From Octopus bimaculoides (lineage: Eukaryota), in assembly GCF_001194135.2 (NCBI RefSeq), contig NC_068990.1:71207112-71239424 (forward strand): a DNA stretch of 32,313 bases, written 5' to 3'. Under the pieces are notes generated by a model, which saw only the letters and a program-made list of their open reading frames with translations, was not told where the DNA came from and made no database searches. Positions 31,967-32,313 of this stretch are shown here, piece by piece; positions within the stretch are counted from its first letter, which is position 1, and each line of letters starts with the position of its first letter. The translations under genes were made by a program, and so were the position numbers.

Positions 31967-32313
31967 TTTAACAAAGAGAATGAATGGGAGAAAGAGAGCC
32001 TGCCGTATGTCGACCCAATAGAGGGACCAGCTATCCGAGTTGATAGTACCAGGGTAGATAAAGCAATTAAGAGTATGAAGACCGGGAAAGCCCCCGGCCC
32101 ATCAGGAATCACTGCAGAGATGCTCAAAATATCTGGCAGTGTTGGCTATAGCCTAGTCACCCGTATTACGAACCAGGTGATACACGAAGGAGTCATACCC
32201 AATGACTGGTGTAGCAGCATCATAGTCAACTGCTACAAAGGTAAAGGTGACGCTTTAGATACAAATAATTACAGAGGCATCAAGCTGTTAGATCAGGTTA
32301 TGAAAGTTACAGA
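31967..32313 (+). mobile_element. 5'-truncated young RTE-clade LINE, RT N-terminal region, continues beyond window
   Basis: Uninterrupted frame FNKENEWEKE...KAIKSMKTGKAPGPSGITAEMLK...GVIPNDWCSSIIVNCYKGKGDALDTNNYRGIKLLDQVMKV. CpGs retained. Confidence 0.9.

Noticed and set aside
1-32313. CRISPR arrays, prokaryotic operons, tRNA or rRNA genes
   Set aside because: The sequence is eukaryotic with spliceosomal introns; tRNA-like boxes belong to SINE heads and no regular repeat-spacer array is present.

Overview
AT-rich animal genomic DNA from a draft assembly with six N-gaps. The repeat families look like those of octopus/coleoid cephalopods; this is recognition from memory, not a database search. 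Three zones. (1) 272-7558: a decayed Tx1-clade (L1 superfamily) non-LTR retrotransposon built from two diverged copies joined head to tail (A: 5'UTR-ORF1-endonuclease; B: 3' half of ORF1 plus EN-RT-zinc-finger ORF2 and poly(A)). It appears to split a tRNA-type SINE. (2) About 7.9-14.5 kb: CpG-retaining intergenic/promoter-like DNA with microsatellites and a 70-bp hairpin MITE (21-bp perfect TIRs, 9-bp TSD). (3) About 17.8 kb to the end: four phase-compatible + strand exons of a GON4L (gon-4-like/YY1AP1/mute/udu family) gene, with at least one expected exon probably hidden in a gap. Its introns carry SINEs, RTE-LINE tails in both orientations, an internally deleted Tigger/pogo transposon and a young RTE RT fragment running off the window. 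No rRNA, tRNA gene or CRISPR array is supported.
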